Both the position numbers and the translations under genes were made by a program. Under the pieces are notes generated by a model. That model did not search any database. It had not been told where the DNA came from and worked only from the letters and a program-made list of their open reading frames with translations. From Candidatus Eiseniibacteriota bacterium (GTDB lineage: Bacteria > Eisenbacteria > RBG-16-71-46 > SZUA-252): a DNA stretch of 64,000 bases. Positions 14,542 to 24,303 of the stretch are shown one piece after another. The stretch spans positions 480,001 through 544,000 of the forward strand of contig OY969801.1 of the NCBI GenBank assembly GCA_963703225.1, given 5' to 3'. How positions within the stretch are numbered: position 1 is the first letter of the stretch; each line of letters opens with the position of its first letter.

Positions 14542-15381
14542 ATGCAATCGGAAGACCTGCTCATCTACAAATCGGATCGTCACAGCCAGAATGGCGAAGA
14601 CGGGATTGTCGCCGCCATTTTTGAAAACATCGGCACAACCACAAGGATCTGCTGTGAGTTTGGCGCCTGGGACGGAATCCATTTGAGCAACTGTCGCAAC
14701 CTCATCCTCCTTGGCTGGTCTGCCCTCATGGTTGAGGGCGACGACCATCGTTTCAAAGATCTGGTTTCCTGCTACGCCACGAACCGACTGGTCACATGCG
14801 TGCACAAGATGGTGGATGCAGGGGCCAACAGCTTGGCCTCCATTCTCGATGCGTGTCATAGTAGGGACCTGGACTTCTTGAGTATTGATATTGATGGCCT
14901 GGACTACGAAATATTCGAAACACTGGATGTTTACCCGAGGGTAATCTGTACCGAAGTCAATGCTGGCCACGATCCCGAGAGCGAGACAAGGCTTGATCGA
15001 GATGTCGCCCGCAATAATGTGGGACAGCCGCTGCAGGTGTTTGTTGAGATCGCGGACGCCAAGGGGTATGACCTCGTTTGCTACACGGGAAACGCCTTTT
15101 TCGTACGCCGCGATGTGATCCGCAAGTCATCACTTGCCGTCCTCTCAAGCCGACAGGCATACGCGTACTTCCTCAGGCACCTATCCATGCCTGGAAAGGA
15201 GTGGCTCTACCTGGTCAATCTGGGGATCGTGAATCCGTTCTTTCAGTTCGCCAACCCCTTCCTGACGCCCGCTGCTCTTGGCATCCATAGATCTAGGGCG
15301 ATGTGGCTGAACTCATCGCGCAGGATCATCGAAGGGGGTCAATCCGTGGCGCATCGGCTGAGAAGGATCGCAAGGGGCTAG
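14542..15381 (+). CDS. FkbM-like methyltransferase-fold protein, lower GC than flanks
   Basis: SQNGEDGI, EFGAWDG..LSN, DFLSIDIDG.DY, PRVICTEVN, GY.LVCYTGNAFF. Confidence 0.75.
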   Translation: MQSEDLLIYKSDRHSQNGEDGIVAAIFENIGTTTRICCEFGAWDGIHLSNCRNLILLGWSALMVEGDDHRFKDLVSCYATNRLVTCVHKMVDAGANSLASILDACHSRDLDFLSIDIDGLDYEIFETLDVYPRVICTEVNAGHDPESETRLDRDVARNNVGQPLQVFVEIADAKGYDLVCYTGNAFFVRRDVIRKSSLAVLSSRQAYAYFLRHLSMPGKEWLYLVNLGIVNPFFQFANPFLTPAALGIHRSRAMWLNSSRRIIEGGQSVAHRLRRIARG

Positions 15382-15439
15382 GGGTGGAACGTACCTTCCT
15401 ACGGATACAGCTCGCGTCCCTGTTCCACGTCAGCCCAGC

Positions 15440-16186
15440 GTGAGCCTGCATCGAGACGAGCTCTCGACTCGAGACGAGTGGGAGCGCCGAATTCGGGCGA
15501 TGCACCCATCAGCCCTTGACGACAACCCGTTCGCCGAAGTTCTGCTCCGATACCTGCCGGTTCAGCCGGAGTGGTCGGCGCTCGAGATCGGAGCGATTCC
15601 AGGTCGTTTCCTTCTTTTCCTCCACAAGAACTTCGGATATCGCGTCTCGGGCCTCGATTACGCCCGCGACTGGTCGCATTTCGACGCGGTCTTTCGCGAT
15701 GGTAAGGTGACGGAGGTGGAGAAGATCGCCGCGGATTTCTTGTCGTTCACAACCGATCGGAAATTCCAGGTGGTGGCGAGCTTCGGATTCATTGAGCACT
15801 TTCGAGACGTGCCGGATATGATCCGCCGCCATACGCGGCTCGTGGGTCCAGGGGGCTACCTCGTTCTGAGCGTGCCCAATTTCACGGGCCTCCAGTATGC
15901 CTACCACTGGCTCGTCGACCGCCCGAATCTCCGGATCCATAACACCCGAGCCATGAGCAAGCCACTGATCGAGCGGCTGGTGCAGCAGGATGGATTCCGT
16001 CTCTGCTACTCGGGGCACGTCGGGAGGCTGGAAGTGTGGCGGGAGGATCGACCGCTCGGCTTGTGGCAGAGGGTCATCGACCGTGGGGCCCGAATCGCCG
16101 CTGCGAGCCTCGCGCCGCACCTGCGCGAATCCGGGTGGTACTCGCCCTACTACCTGCTCATCGCCAGGCGCGAGGGGCTCCCATGA
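15440..16186 (+). CDS. Class I SAM-dependent methyltransferase
   Basis: LEIGAIPG, GLDY, SFGFIEHF, PGGYLVLSVPN. Confidence 0.85.
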   Translation: MSLHRDELSTRDEWERRIRAMHPSALDDNPFAEVLLRYLPVQPEWSALEIGAIPGRFLLFLHKNFGYRVSGLDYARDWSHFDAVFRDGKVTEVEKIAADFLSFTTDRKFQVVASFGFIEHFRDVPDMIRRHTRLVGPGGYLVLSVPNFTGLQYAYHWLVDRPNLRIHNTRAMSKPLIERLVQQDGFRLCYSGHVGRLEVWREDRPLGLWQRVIDRGARIAAASLAPHLRESGWYSPYYLLIARREGLP

Positions 16187-17745
16187 GCGCCGTGGAGAGG
16201 AACTACGTCGCGACGGTGGCGGCGAACACGTGGTGGAACCTGGTTCAGTTCGCCGCGGGCGGGGTCATCGGAGTGGCCGTGTCCGTTCTGACCGCGCGCT
16301 ACCTCGGCTCCGCTGCCTTCGGCGTGCTGAGCTACGTCATCTGGCTCACCGCCGTCGTCGCCACCTTCACCGATCTCGGCTTCGAGCAGCTGATTCGGAG
16401 GTACGTTCCCGGTTGGTTCCATCGCCCGGCGAGCAGTGGATGGGCCGCGCGGCTCGTTTGGACGGCCGTGGCCGTGCAGATCGTCATGGCCGGCGTGGTC
16501 ATCGCCGCCCTGGCGATGCTCTATCCGTGGTGGAGCCGGTCGCTCACATTTACATTTCCGCGACTCCAGACGATCGTCATCATCGGGCTGGTCAGCGTCT
16601 TCCCGCTGATCGTAAGTCGGAGCATCGGCGCCTTCCTGCGATCCATTCAATCCACAAAGCCCGTCGCCGTGGCGACCGTCGCGACCCAGGCTGCGAATCT
16701 CGCGCTCGTGGCCGCCGCGGTATGGACGCGGCTCGACGTCTTGACCTTCGTTTGGATCGCGCTTCTCGCCAACTCCGCGCTGGCGGGGGCTCTCGTGTTC
16801 GCATTCCGCCGCGCCTCTTCGCCGACCCGGCCGTCCGACAGCGTTTGGCCCGCACGGGAAATGAAGGTCTACGCCGTCATCGGGTATGGCCACGTGATCC
16901 TCCAGTACATCGTTTGGACCCGGTCTGAGGTCTTTTTCCTGGGGATCTACTCCCCAGCGCGGGAGATCGGATTTTACAGTCTCGCCTTCGGCGTGGCCGG
17001 CCTCTTGGGCAGCTCGATCGGGGTCCTCCAGCAGTCGTTGTTCGCCGCTCAGTTCGAGCTCTTGGCGGGCGGGGAGGAGGATCGGTCCGACCGGTTGGCT
17101 TCCTTCAGCGTCAAGTACTTGGCCCTCCTGTTTCTTCCCCTCTTTCTCCTGAGCTGGCTGTTCATCGGCTCCGCCGTCAACTTGATGTACGGGAGGACCT
17201 ACGCGACGGTGGCCGCGGCCTTTCCCTTTCTGGTGTTCGGGATGGTCGTGGCCAACGTTCTCAATCCGGTCACGACCAAGATCTCTCTCTCCAACAGGAA
17301 ATTCGCCGCGACGCTTCTGATCGCCCTCTTCGGAGCCGTGATGAACGTGGGGCTCGATATGGCGATCATCCCTCGCCATCACGCCTTGGGGGCGGCGATC
17401 GCGAGTTGCATCAGTCAGCTGCTGGTCGTCTGCGTGAGCGTTCTCTTCGTCGCCCGGGTCGCGCCGGTCCGAGTGGAGCGCTGGCCGATCGCCGCGATCG
17501 TGCTCGTCAACGCGGTGCTTGGAGGGCTGGTCTGGCTGGCCCTGCAGCGCGACGCTCCTGTTCCGGTAAAGGTGGCCTTGGTGGTGGTCGCCGGAGCGGT
17601 CTACCTCAGGTGGTTGGCCGCGTGGCGCGTTTTCGGCCGAGCCGACGTGGAAGTGGTGTCGGCGCTCCATGAGTGGGCGCCGGCCGGGCTCAAGCCCGCG
17701 TTCCATGCCGTGCGCGGTTACCTCCTCCGGTTCGCGGCCGCATGA
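16183..17745 (+). CDS. Oligosaccharide flippase (Wzx/MOP family)
   Basis: TARYLG..AFG, DLGF, EIGFYSLA, IIPRHHALGAAIAS; about 14 TMs; ATGA overlap with upstream gene. Confidence 0.85.
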   Translation: MSAVERNYVATVAANTWWNLVQFAAGGVIGVAVSVLTARYLGSAAFGVLSYVIWLTAVVATFTDLGFEQLIRRYVPGWFHRPASSGWAARLVWTAVAVQIVMAGVVIAALAMLYPWWSRSLTFTFPRLQTIVIIGLVSVFPLIVSRSIGAFLRSIQSTKPVAVATVATQAANLALVAAAVWTRLDVLTFVWIALLANSALAGALVFAFRRASSPTRPSDSVWPAREMKVYAVIGYGHVILQYIVWTRSEVFFLGIYSPAREIGFYSLAFGVAGLLGSSIGVLQQSLFAAQFELLAGGEEDRSDRLASFSVKYLALLFLPLFLLSWLFIGSAVNLMYGRTYATVAAAFPFLVFGMVVANVLNPVTTKISLSNRKFAATLLIALFGAVMNVGLDMAIIPRHHALGAAIASCISQLLVVCVSVLFVARVAPVRVERWPIAAIVLVNAVLGGLVWLALQRDAPVPVKVALVVVAGAVYLRWLAAWRVFGRADVEVVSALHEWAPAGLKPAFHAVRGYLLRFAAA

Positions 17746-18914
17746 AGATTCTGCACGCGGTGGAGTTCTACTATCCGTCCGTCGGCGGGGCCCAGGCGGT
17801 CGTGCAGCAGGTATCGGAGCGCCTCGCGGCGAGAGGGCACGAGGTAACCGTCGCCACCTCGTACGTTCCGGGACGCAGCCAAGAAATCCACCGTGGCGTT
17901 CGGATCGTTCCATTCCACGTGACGGGGAATGCGGTCCGGGGCATGCGTGGAGAACTGGAGCGCTACCAGGAGTTCGTGCGGGATGGGGGGTACGACGTCA
18001 TCCTGGTCTACGCCGCACAGCAATGGACGTGCGACGCCCTCCTTTCGATTCTGGATCAGATCACCGCGAGAAAGGTGTTCGCTCCCTGTGGTTTTTCGGG
18101 GCTCCACGAGGTCGCGTATCGAGAATATTTCGAGCGTATGCCCGAGATCTTGCGAAAGTTCGACTCGCTCGTATTCCACACGAACAGCTATCGGGACGTC
18201 CAGTTCGCCCGGGCACATGGCCTGGAGCACGGGGTCCTCATCCCCAATGGGGCCGCGGCCGACGAGTTCGAGTCGGTGGCGCCTTCATTCAAGGCGAAGT
18301 TCGACGTGCGCTCCACGGCGATGATTCTCACCGTGGGGAGCCACACGGGGACGAAAGGGCACCGGGTAGTCCTGGAAGCATTCCGCAAGGCGAGGATCAA
18401 AGACGCGACGCTCGTCATCATCGGCAACCCCGTCGATGGCGGATGCGCCCTGGACTGCCACGTGCGGGCCTGGGTCTACAACCGGTTGCCGGGAGTCCGG
18501 TCGCGGCGAAAGGCCATTCGGGTCATGAGCCTGGAGCGCGGTGATATCATCGCGGCGTATCAGGCTGCCGATCTGTTCTTGTTCGCGTCCCATATCGAGT
18601 GCTCGCCGCTCGTGCTCTTCGAGGCGATGGCCGCCGGGTGTGCCTTCGCCACCACACCGGTAGGAAACGCCGCCGAGGTCGTGGAGTGGTCGCAAGGAGG
18701 GATCCTCATCCCGGCGAGGCAGGACCCGAACGGTTACACGATCTCCGCGCCGGATGCCGTGGGGGAGGCGATCGAGGTGCTCATTCACGATTCCGAGCTG
18801 CGGGATCGCCTCGGTCGACGGGGTCAAGCAGCCTGGCGGGAGCGCTTCACCTTCGAGCGGATCGCCATGGAGTACGAGCGGCTCTACCAGCGCCTCCTCG
18901 AGCGACCCCTGTGA
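17742..18914 (+). CDS. Glycosyltransferase family 4
   Basis: YYPSVGGA, GHEVTVAT, IPNG, ECSPLVLFEAMAAG. Confidence 0.9.
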   Translation: MKILHAVEFYYPSVGGAQAVVQQVSERLAARGHEVTVATSYVPGRSQEIHRGVRIVPFHVTGNAVRGMRGELERYQEFVRDGGYDVILVYAAQQWTCDALLSILDQITARKVFAPCGFSGLHEVAYREYFERMPEILRKFDSLVFHTNSYRDVQFARAHGLEHGVLIPNGAAADEFESVAPSFKAKFDVRSTAMILTVGSHTGTKGHRVVLEAFRKARIKDATLVIIGNPVDGGCALDCHVRAWVYNRLPGVRSRRKAIRVMSLERGDIIAAYQAADLFLFASHIECSPLVLFEAMAAGCAFATTPVGNAAEVVEWSQGGILIPARQDPNGYTISAPDAVGEAIEVLIHDSELRDRLGRRGQAAWRERFTFERIAMEYERLYQRLLERPL

Positions 18915-19783
18915 TCACGAGCCGTCTTCTCGGCGGTCTCGGCAACCAGATGTTTCAGTACGCGGCCGGGCTGGCTCTCGCACGGCGGCTCGGAACGGAG
19001 CTAAGGCTCGACATCTCCTGGTTCGCCCGCGTTGCCAATCGACGGTACGACCTTGGAGATTTCGCGATCACCGCGCGGCCGGCCACGGCCCGCGAGCTCA
19101 TTGGGGTTGGAGTCCGTCCACCGGGCGCGGTCGCCCGCGCGCTGTCCGTGCTGAGTCTCGCTGGATTCCGAGGGATCCGAGGCCACGTCCAGGAGCCCGC
19201 GTTCACCTACTGGCCGGGGTTCGCCGAGCTTCCGGATGGGACCTATCTCGACGGCTACTGGCAGAGCGAGCGGTACTTTGAGGGAATCGCGGATTCCATT
19301 CGGAGAGAATTCACGGCGCGCACTCCTCCCGATCCGGAGAATCAGCGCACGCTGGACGCCATCAACTCGTGCGAATCGGTGGCGATCCACGTGCGCCGAG
19401 GCGATTATGCGGCGAGCGCCCACACCCACGACTATCACGGCACCACGCCCCTGGAGTACTACGAGCAAGCCGTGGCGCGGATGCGCTCGCAGCTCCCGGC
19501 GGCCACGTTCTTTGTGTTCTCGGACGATGCGACGTGGACGCGGAAGGTTCTCAGCGTTGGAGAGGGCACCGTCTTCGTGACCCACAACGGCTCGGAAAGG
19601 AGCTTTGAGGATCTACGACTGATGAGCGCCTGCCGCCATCACATTATCGCCAACAGCACCTTCGGTTGGTGGGGAGCGTGGCTGGCGAACACCGAGGGAC
19701 AGCGCGTGATCGCGCCGCGGCGCTGGTTTAAGACCGACCTGGACACGCGCGACCTGATCCCGGCGCGGTGGGAGCGCTTGTAG
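18911..19783 (+). CDS. Alpha-1,2-fucosyltransferase (GT11)
   Basis: GGLGNQMFQYA, GYWQSERYF, HVRRGDY, FVFSDD, IIANSTFGWWGAWL. Confidence 0.93.
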   Translation: MITSRLLGGLGNQMFQYAAGLALARRLGTELRLDISWFARVANRRYDLGDFAITARPATARELIGVGVRPPGAVARALSVLSLAGFRGIRGHVQEPAFTYWPGFAELPDGTYLDGYWQSERYFEGIADSIRREFTARTPPDPENQRTLDAINSCESVAIHVRRGDYAASAHTHDYHGTTPLEYYEQAVARMRSQLPAATFFVFSDDATWTRKVLSVGEGTVFVTHNGSERSFEDLRLMSACRHHIIANSTFGWWGAWLANTEGQRVIAPRRWFKTDLDTRDLIPARWERL

Positions 19784-19784
19784 G

Positions 19785-20651
19785 GTGGGATCTCCACGGG
19801 TTTCCGTCCTCTTCCCGGTGCACAACGGCGCGCGCTACTTGCGGTACGCGCTGGAGAGCATCCTGAATCAGACATTCTCCGATTTTGAAATCGAGATCAT
19901 GAATGATGGATCCACGGACGAGTCGGCGTCCATCATTCACTCGTACCGCGACCCGAGAGTCCGGTACGCGGATCAGTCCCGGGCCGGCCTGGCGGTGAGC
20001 CTGAACCGGCTTTTGGAGCGCGCGCGCGGCACATATCTCGCGCGGATGGACCACGATGACTGGTCCCATCCAGCGCGCCTGGAGGCTCAGGTGGCGTTCC
20101 TGGACGCGCGCCCGGATACCGTCCTCGTGGGGAGCTGGATCGAGACCATGGATACGGACAATCGCGTTCGGGACCGAATTCGCTACCCCATCACGCCGTC
20201 GGGGATTCGCGAGGCGATGCTTATCACGAACCCCATCGCGCATGGATCGGTCATGCTGCGGAGGCTTCCCGAACTAAGGTACTCCACCGAATTCGATGGC
20301 GCGGAGGACTTCGACCACTGGGAGCGTTTGGCGAAGCGGCACCCCGTGGCGAATCTTCCACGCTACCTGTATCGCTGGCGTCTGAATCCAGAAGGCATCA
20401 GCCAGTCGCGGAGCGAACGGCAGAGCCAGACCGCGGAGCGAATCCTCGAACGTTACCGGCAGTGGTACGTTCCCAGGGTCGCCGAGCTCGCCCCGACAAT
20501 CGAGGAGCTGGTCGCCGAACGAAGAGCCACCGGCATTGCATCCGTCGTGAAGCGCAAGCTGATGCTCGTGCGCCTGTTTCGTTCCCTCCATGCCGGCGAC
20601 GCCTGGCGCCGAGAACTCTGGGACGCACTTCGTCTCCCGTTCCTCCGATGA
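19785..20651 (+). CDS. Glycosyltransferase family 2
   Basis: VSVLFPVHNG, NDGSTD, ARMDHDD...RL..Q, AEDFD. Confidence 0.9.
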   Translation: MGSPRVSVLFPVHNGARYLRYALESILNQTFSDFEIEIMNDGSTDESASIIHSYRDPRVRYADQSRAGLAVSLNRLLERARGTYLARMDHDDWSHPARLEAQVAFLDARPDTVLVGSWIETMDTDNRVRDRIRYPITPSGIREAMLITNPIAHGSVMLRRLPELRYSTEFDGAEDFDHWERLAKRHPVANLPRYLYRWRLNPEGISQSRSERQSQTAERILERYRQWYVPRVAELAPTIEELVAERRATGIASVVKRKLMLVRLFRSLHAGDAWRRELWDALRLPFLR

Positions 20652-20652
20652 T

Positions 20653-21903
20653 GTGAGACCACTCCTCCTCAACACCTACGAGCGGGCGGGTGGAGCGGCC
20701 AGGGCCGCCCACCGGCTGCACCAGGGGCTCAGGAGGATCGGCGTCGACTCCCAGCTTCTGGTCCAGCAAAGGTTCTCCGACGATCCGTCCGTTCACGGAC
20801 CCGAAGGGCGGATCGCGAAGCTCGTGGCGCGCGCACGCCCGTTCCTCGACTCGACCCCCCTGTGGGGTTACCCCGCCCGGCGCGATGGGCTCTTCTCGCC
20901 CGCTGTTCTGCCCGACGGGCTCGCCAGGCGAGTCGCCGCGCTGGGCGCCGATCTCGTGCATCTCCACTGGGTCGCGGGGGGTTTCTTGCGCGTCGACTCG
21001 CTCGCACGGATGGGGCGCCCCATCGTCTGGACGCTCCACGATTCGTGGGCGTTCACCGGCGGCTGCCACGTTCCGGGAGATTGCACGCGCTACCGGGACG
21101 CGTGCGGATCCTGTCCCGCGCTCGGCTCCACCCGGGAGCGCGATCTCTCCCGGCGTCTCCTGGAGCGGAAGCGCCGGGGCTTTGACCGGGCGACCCCGAC
21201 GCTGGTGACGCCCAGCCGCTGGCTCGCCGAGGCCGCCTGCGGGAGCGCGCTCTTCCGCGACGCCTCGATCGAGGTCATTCCGAACGGAATCGACCTCGCG
21301 CGCTTCAAGCCGTTCGATCAGTCCACCGCGCGAGAATTCCTCGGCCTCCCCCGCGACCGCGCGATTCTTCTCTTCGGCGGGGTCGGGAGCTTGAGCGATC
21401 GAAACAAGGGGTTTCCGTTGCTCGTCGACGCGCTGGAGCGACTCGGACCGAGGCCGGGCGGGCGCGACGCGGAGCTGGTGATCGTCGGGCAAAGCCGGCC
21501 GGAGCCGCCTCCACGCTTCTCCATTCCGGTCCGATTCATCGGACCTCTCGGCGACGAGGAGAGCATGGCGCTCTACCAGGCCGCGGCCGACGCGCTGATC
21601 CTGCCCTCGCTTCAGGAGAATCATCCGAATATGGTGATCGAGGCGATGGCCTGCGGCACGCCGACGGTGGCCTTTCGCGCCGCGGGGCTCCCGGATCTGG
21701 TGGAGCACGAGCGGACCGGTTTTCTGGCGGAGCCGTTTCGGAGCGAGGATCTGGCGCGCGGAATCACGTGGGTCCTGGAAGACGAAGCCCGCCGCCGCGG
21801 TCTGGGGATGGAGGCCCGCAGGCGGGCCGAGCGGGACCACGACCTGGAAGGGGTGGCGCGGCGGTACCTGTCTGTTTACGAACGGGTTGTCGGCCGGCGA
21901 TGA
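20653..21903 (+). CDS. Glycosyltransferase family 4 (WcaC-like)
   Basis: GGAARAA.RLH, LVHLHW, WTLHDSWAFTGGCH, CxxY...CGxCP, ENHPN..IEAMACGTP. Confidence 0.9.
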   Translation: MRPLLLNTYERAGGAARAAHRLHQGLRRIGVDSQLLVQQRFSDDPSVHGPEGRIAKLVARARPFLDSTPLWGYPARRDGLFSPAVLPDGLARRVAALGADLVHLHWVAGGFLRVDSLARMGRPIVWTLHDSWAFTGGCHVPGDCTRYRDACGSCPALGSTRERDLSRRLLERKRRGFDRATPTLVTPSRWLAEAACGSALFRDASIEVIPNGIDLARFKPFDQSTAREFLGLPRDRAILLFGGVGSLSDRNKGFPLLVDALERLGPRPGGRDAELVIVGQSRPEPPPRFSIPVRFIGPLGDEESMALYQAAADALILPSLQENHPNMVIEAMACGTPTVAFRAAGLPDLVEHERTGFLAEPFRSEDLARGITWVLEDEARRRGLGMEARRRAERDHDLEGVARRYLSVYERVVGRR

Positions 21904-21950
21904 GCCGCTTCGGCTCCCGTTTCCGCGGGCGGCGCCCACCGCCCGGTTCG

Positions 21951-21959
21951 TGGTAGACT
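21951..21959 (+). promoter_or_regulatory. Extended -10 promoter, apparently leaderless
   Basis: TGgTAGACT ending 6 nt before ATG21966, no SD. Confidence 0.55.
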
Positions 21960-21965
21960 GCGCTA

Positions 21966-23189
21966 ATGCGTGTCGTCTTCCTGACCTCTCGCATGCCCTT
22001 TCCGCCCGTGGGGGGCGACCGCTTTCGGGTCTTCCACCTCCTGCGCACGGCGTCGGAAGCCGGGCATGAAGTTCATCTCGTCACATTCGATCGGGCCATA
22101 CCTCCGCGGGCCGTGATCGCGCCGCTCGATCGGCTCCTCGCGTCGATCCGGATCGTGCCGCTGCCAAAGCTGGTCTCCATGCTTCGTGTGGCGCAGGCGC
22201 TGCCGGGGCAGCGGCCGCTCCAAGCCGCCTACTATCACTCTCGGGTGATGCGCCGCGCGGTCGGGGAAGCGCTCGCACGCGTGCGTCCCGATCGGGTCTA
22301 CACCCACTTGTTCCGGATGGCGCCCTACGCGGTCGAGCGGATGGAGCGCTACCGCGCTCGCTGGATCCTCGACTTCACCGATGTGATCTCGGCCGGAATC
22401 GAGCGATCCCTTCCGTACCGCCGCGGATTCGATCTCCTGCTTTACCGTGAGGAGATGAAGCGGATTCGCCGCTATGAGAAATCCGTGGCGCCCCGTTTCG
22501 ACGAGTGCTGGGTCATCAGCGACGCCGAGCGCCAGAGCCTTCTCTCGTTGGCGCCCGGCGCGCGCGTGCGGGTCGTCCCCAACGGACTCGGTCCCGAACC
22601 ATTTCACCCGAACGGCCCCCGAGATCGGGCGAGGCTCCTGTTCCTCGGTTACCAGGAAGTGTTCCACAACCGTGACGCGGCGCGCTTCCTGGTGGCGGAG
22701 GTCTTCCCGCGCGTCCGGGCCATGGAGCCAGAGGCGCTGCTGGACATTGCGGGAAGGGGATCCGAGACCCTGGGGCCCTGGGTGCGCGGAGAGGGGGTCC
22801 GAATCGTCGGCTATGTTCCCAAACTTGAGGACGCGCTCATGCACGCCACCGTCTTTGTGGCGCCGCACCGGTTCGCGGCCGGTGTCCAGAACAAGGTCGT
22901 TCAGGCGCTGGCGAGCGGAACGCCGGTCGTCTCGACGCCCGCGGTTCGCCTGGGCTTGCAGCCGATGCCGGACGGGGTGATGCGCGTGGGCGAAGGCGCC
23001 GACGCCATCGCCGCCCAGATCGTGAAGCTCATTCGCGATCCCGGCGAAGCGGCGGCGCTCGGCGCGAGAGGCCGTGATTGGGCGCGCTCGACCTTCACCT
23101 GGACCCCCGCGCGCGAGGCGCTCGAATCGAACGGGAGATCGCAGGAGCCGGCGAGGGGGGCCACGCCCGCCGTTCCCGCGGGCATTTGA
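21966..23189 (+). CDS. Glycosyltransferase family 4
   Basis: PFPPVGGDRFR, VVPNG, AAGVQNKVVQALASGTPVV. Confidence 0.88.
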   Translation: MRVVFLTSRMPFPPVGGDRFRVFHLLRTASEAGHEVHLVTFDRAIPPRAVIAPLDRLLASIRIVPLPKLVSMLRVAQALPGQRPLQAAYYHSRVMRRAVGEALARVRPDRVYTHLFRMAPYAVERMERYRARWILDFTDVISAGIERSLPYRRGFDLLLYREEMKRIRRYEKSVAPRFDECWVISDAERQSLLSLAPGARVRVVPNGLGPEPFHPNGPRDRARLLFLGYQEVFHNRDAARFLVAEVFPRVRAMEPEALLDIAGRGSETLGPWVRGEGVRIVGYVPKLEDALMHATVFVAPHRFAAGVQNKVVQALASGTPVVSTPAVRLGLQPMPDGVMRVGEGADAIAAQIVKLIRDPGEAAALGARGRDWARSTFTWTPAREALESNGRSQEPARGATPAVPAGI

Positions 23190-24199
23190 ACGAACCGCCC
23201 CCGGGCCTGATCGTAGCCCCGCTGGCCTTCGCTTCGTCGCTCGTCCTGACTCCGATTTTTCTCCGCGTGGCCCGCGCCACCGGCTATCTGGACCATCCCG
23301 ACCCCCGGAAATCTCATCCGGAGCCGATGCCGCTGATGGGTGGGGTCGCGGTCGCGCTCTCGCTCGTCATCGCCCCGCTCCTCGCGAAGGCGATCTTTGC
23401 GGTTCCGATCTCCGCGCCGAGACCGGGTGTCTGGATTGGCGCGAGCCTCTCGCTCTGCTTGGGCCTGCTCGACGACCGGCGTCCGATGCCGCCGCTCGGA
23501 AAACTCGTGGGTCAGCTCGCGGCGGCGTTTTGCCTCGTGCTCTGGGGACCGCAGGTGGAATGGATCCGAAACAGCCCGATCGCGCTGGGCGTCGCCATCG
23601 TCGGTGTCACCGCCCTCCTCAACGCCATCAACTTTCTCGATGCGATGGACGGCATCGTGGGAGCGGTGATCCCGATCACGGCGGCGGGGTTTGTCGCGAT
23701 CGCGCTCCTTTACGGCGCGCCGGTCGACCTCGTGCTCGCGTGGGGCTTGATCGGCGCCGGCGCCGGCTTCCTCGTCTATAACGCGCCCCCTGCCCGCATC
23801 TTCCTCGGGGACGCAGGGAGCCACGTTCTCGGCTTTGCGCTCGCCGCGTTGGCGCTTCAGGCGCTGCAAGGAGAGCACTCGTTCCCACACTTCGTCTCGG
23901 TGGCTTTGCTCCTCGCCTACCCGCTCTTCGACGTTCTCTTCGTGGTCATCGATCGGGTCGTCGGAGGACGTCGCTTTTACATCGGCGGCACCGATCACCC
24001 AACCCATCGTCTCGGACGACGCTTCGGACAATGGGGAACCCTGGGATTGATCTCGGCGGCGGTAGCGGGAAATGTTTGTCTCGGAATTTGGATTTGGGGC
24101 CGCGTCGACCCGCAATCGGTGGTTGCGGCTGTCCTCATTTCTGGGCTTGGATATGCCATTTTTGGGCTCCTGCTGAGACGCATTGGTCCCACCCCCTAG
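23186..24199 (+). CDS. MraY/WecA family polyprenyl-phosphate sugar-1-phosphate transferase
   Basis: D.P..RKSH..P.PLMGG, GLLDD, NAINFLDAMDG, YNAPPARIFLGDAGS. Confidence 0.9.
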   Translation: MNEPPPGLIVAPLAFASSLVLTPIFLRVARATGYLDHPDPRKSHPEPMPLMGGVAVALSLVIAPLLAKAIFAVPISAPRPGVWIGASLSLCLGLLDDRRPMPPLGKLVGQLAAAFCLVLWGPQVEWIRNSPIALGVAIVGVTALLNAINFLDAMDGIVGAVIPITAAGFVAIALLYGAPVDLVLAWGLIGAGAGFLVYNAPPARIFLGDAGSHVLGFALAALALQALQGEHSFPHFVSVALLLAYPLFDVLFVVIDRVVGGRRFYIGGTDHPTHRLGRRFGQWGTLGLISAAVAGNVCLGIWIWGRVDPQSVVAAVLISGLGYAIFGLLLRRIGPTP

Positions 24200-24207
24200 T
24201 TCGACAT

Positions 24208-24236
24208 TTGACAAAGACGTTTTACAGTTGTATAGT
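24208..24236 (+). promoter_or_regulatory. Near-consensus sigma70 promoter
   Basis: TTGACA(24208-24213)-17 bp-TATAGT(24231-24236) in an AT-rich patch upstream of ATG24304. Confidence 0.8.
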
Positions 24237-24303
24237 CTCGTGGCCGTGGATTCACCCTGGGGAGTCGGTGACCCCGCCGGACTAACAGCGAGTGTAGGTC
24301 GCC

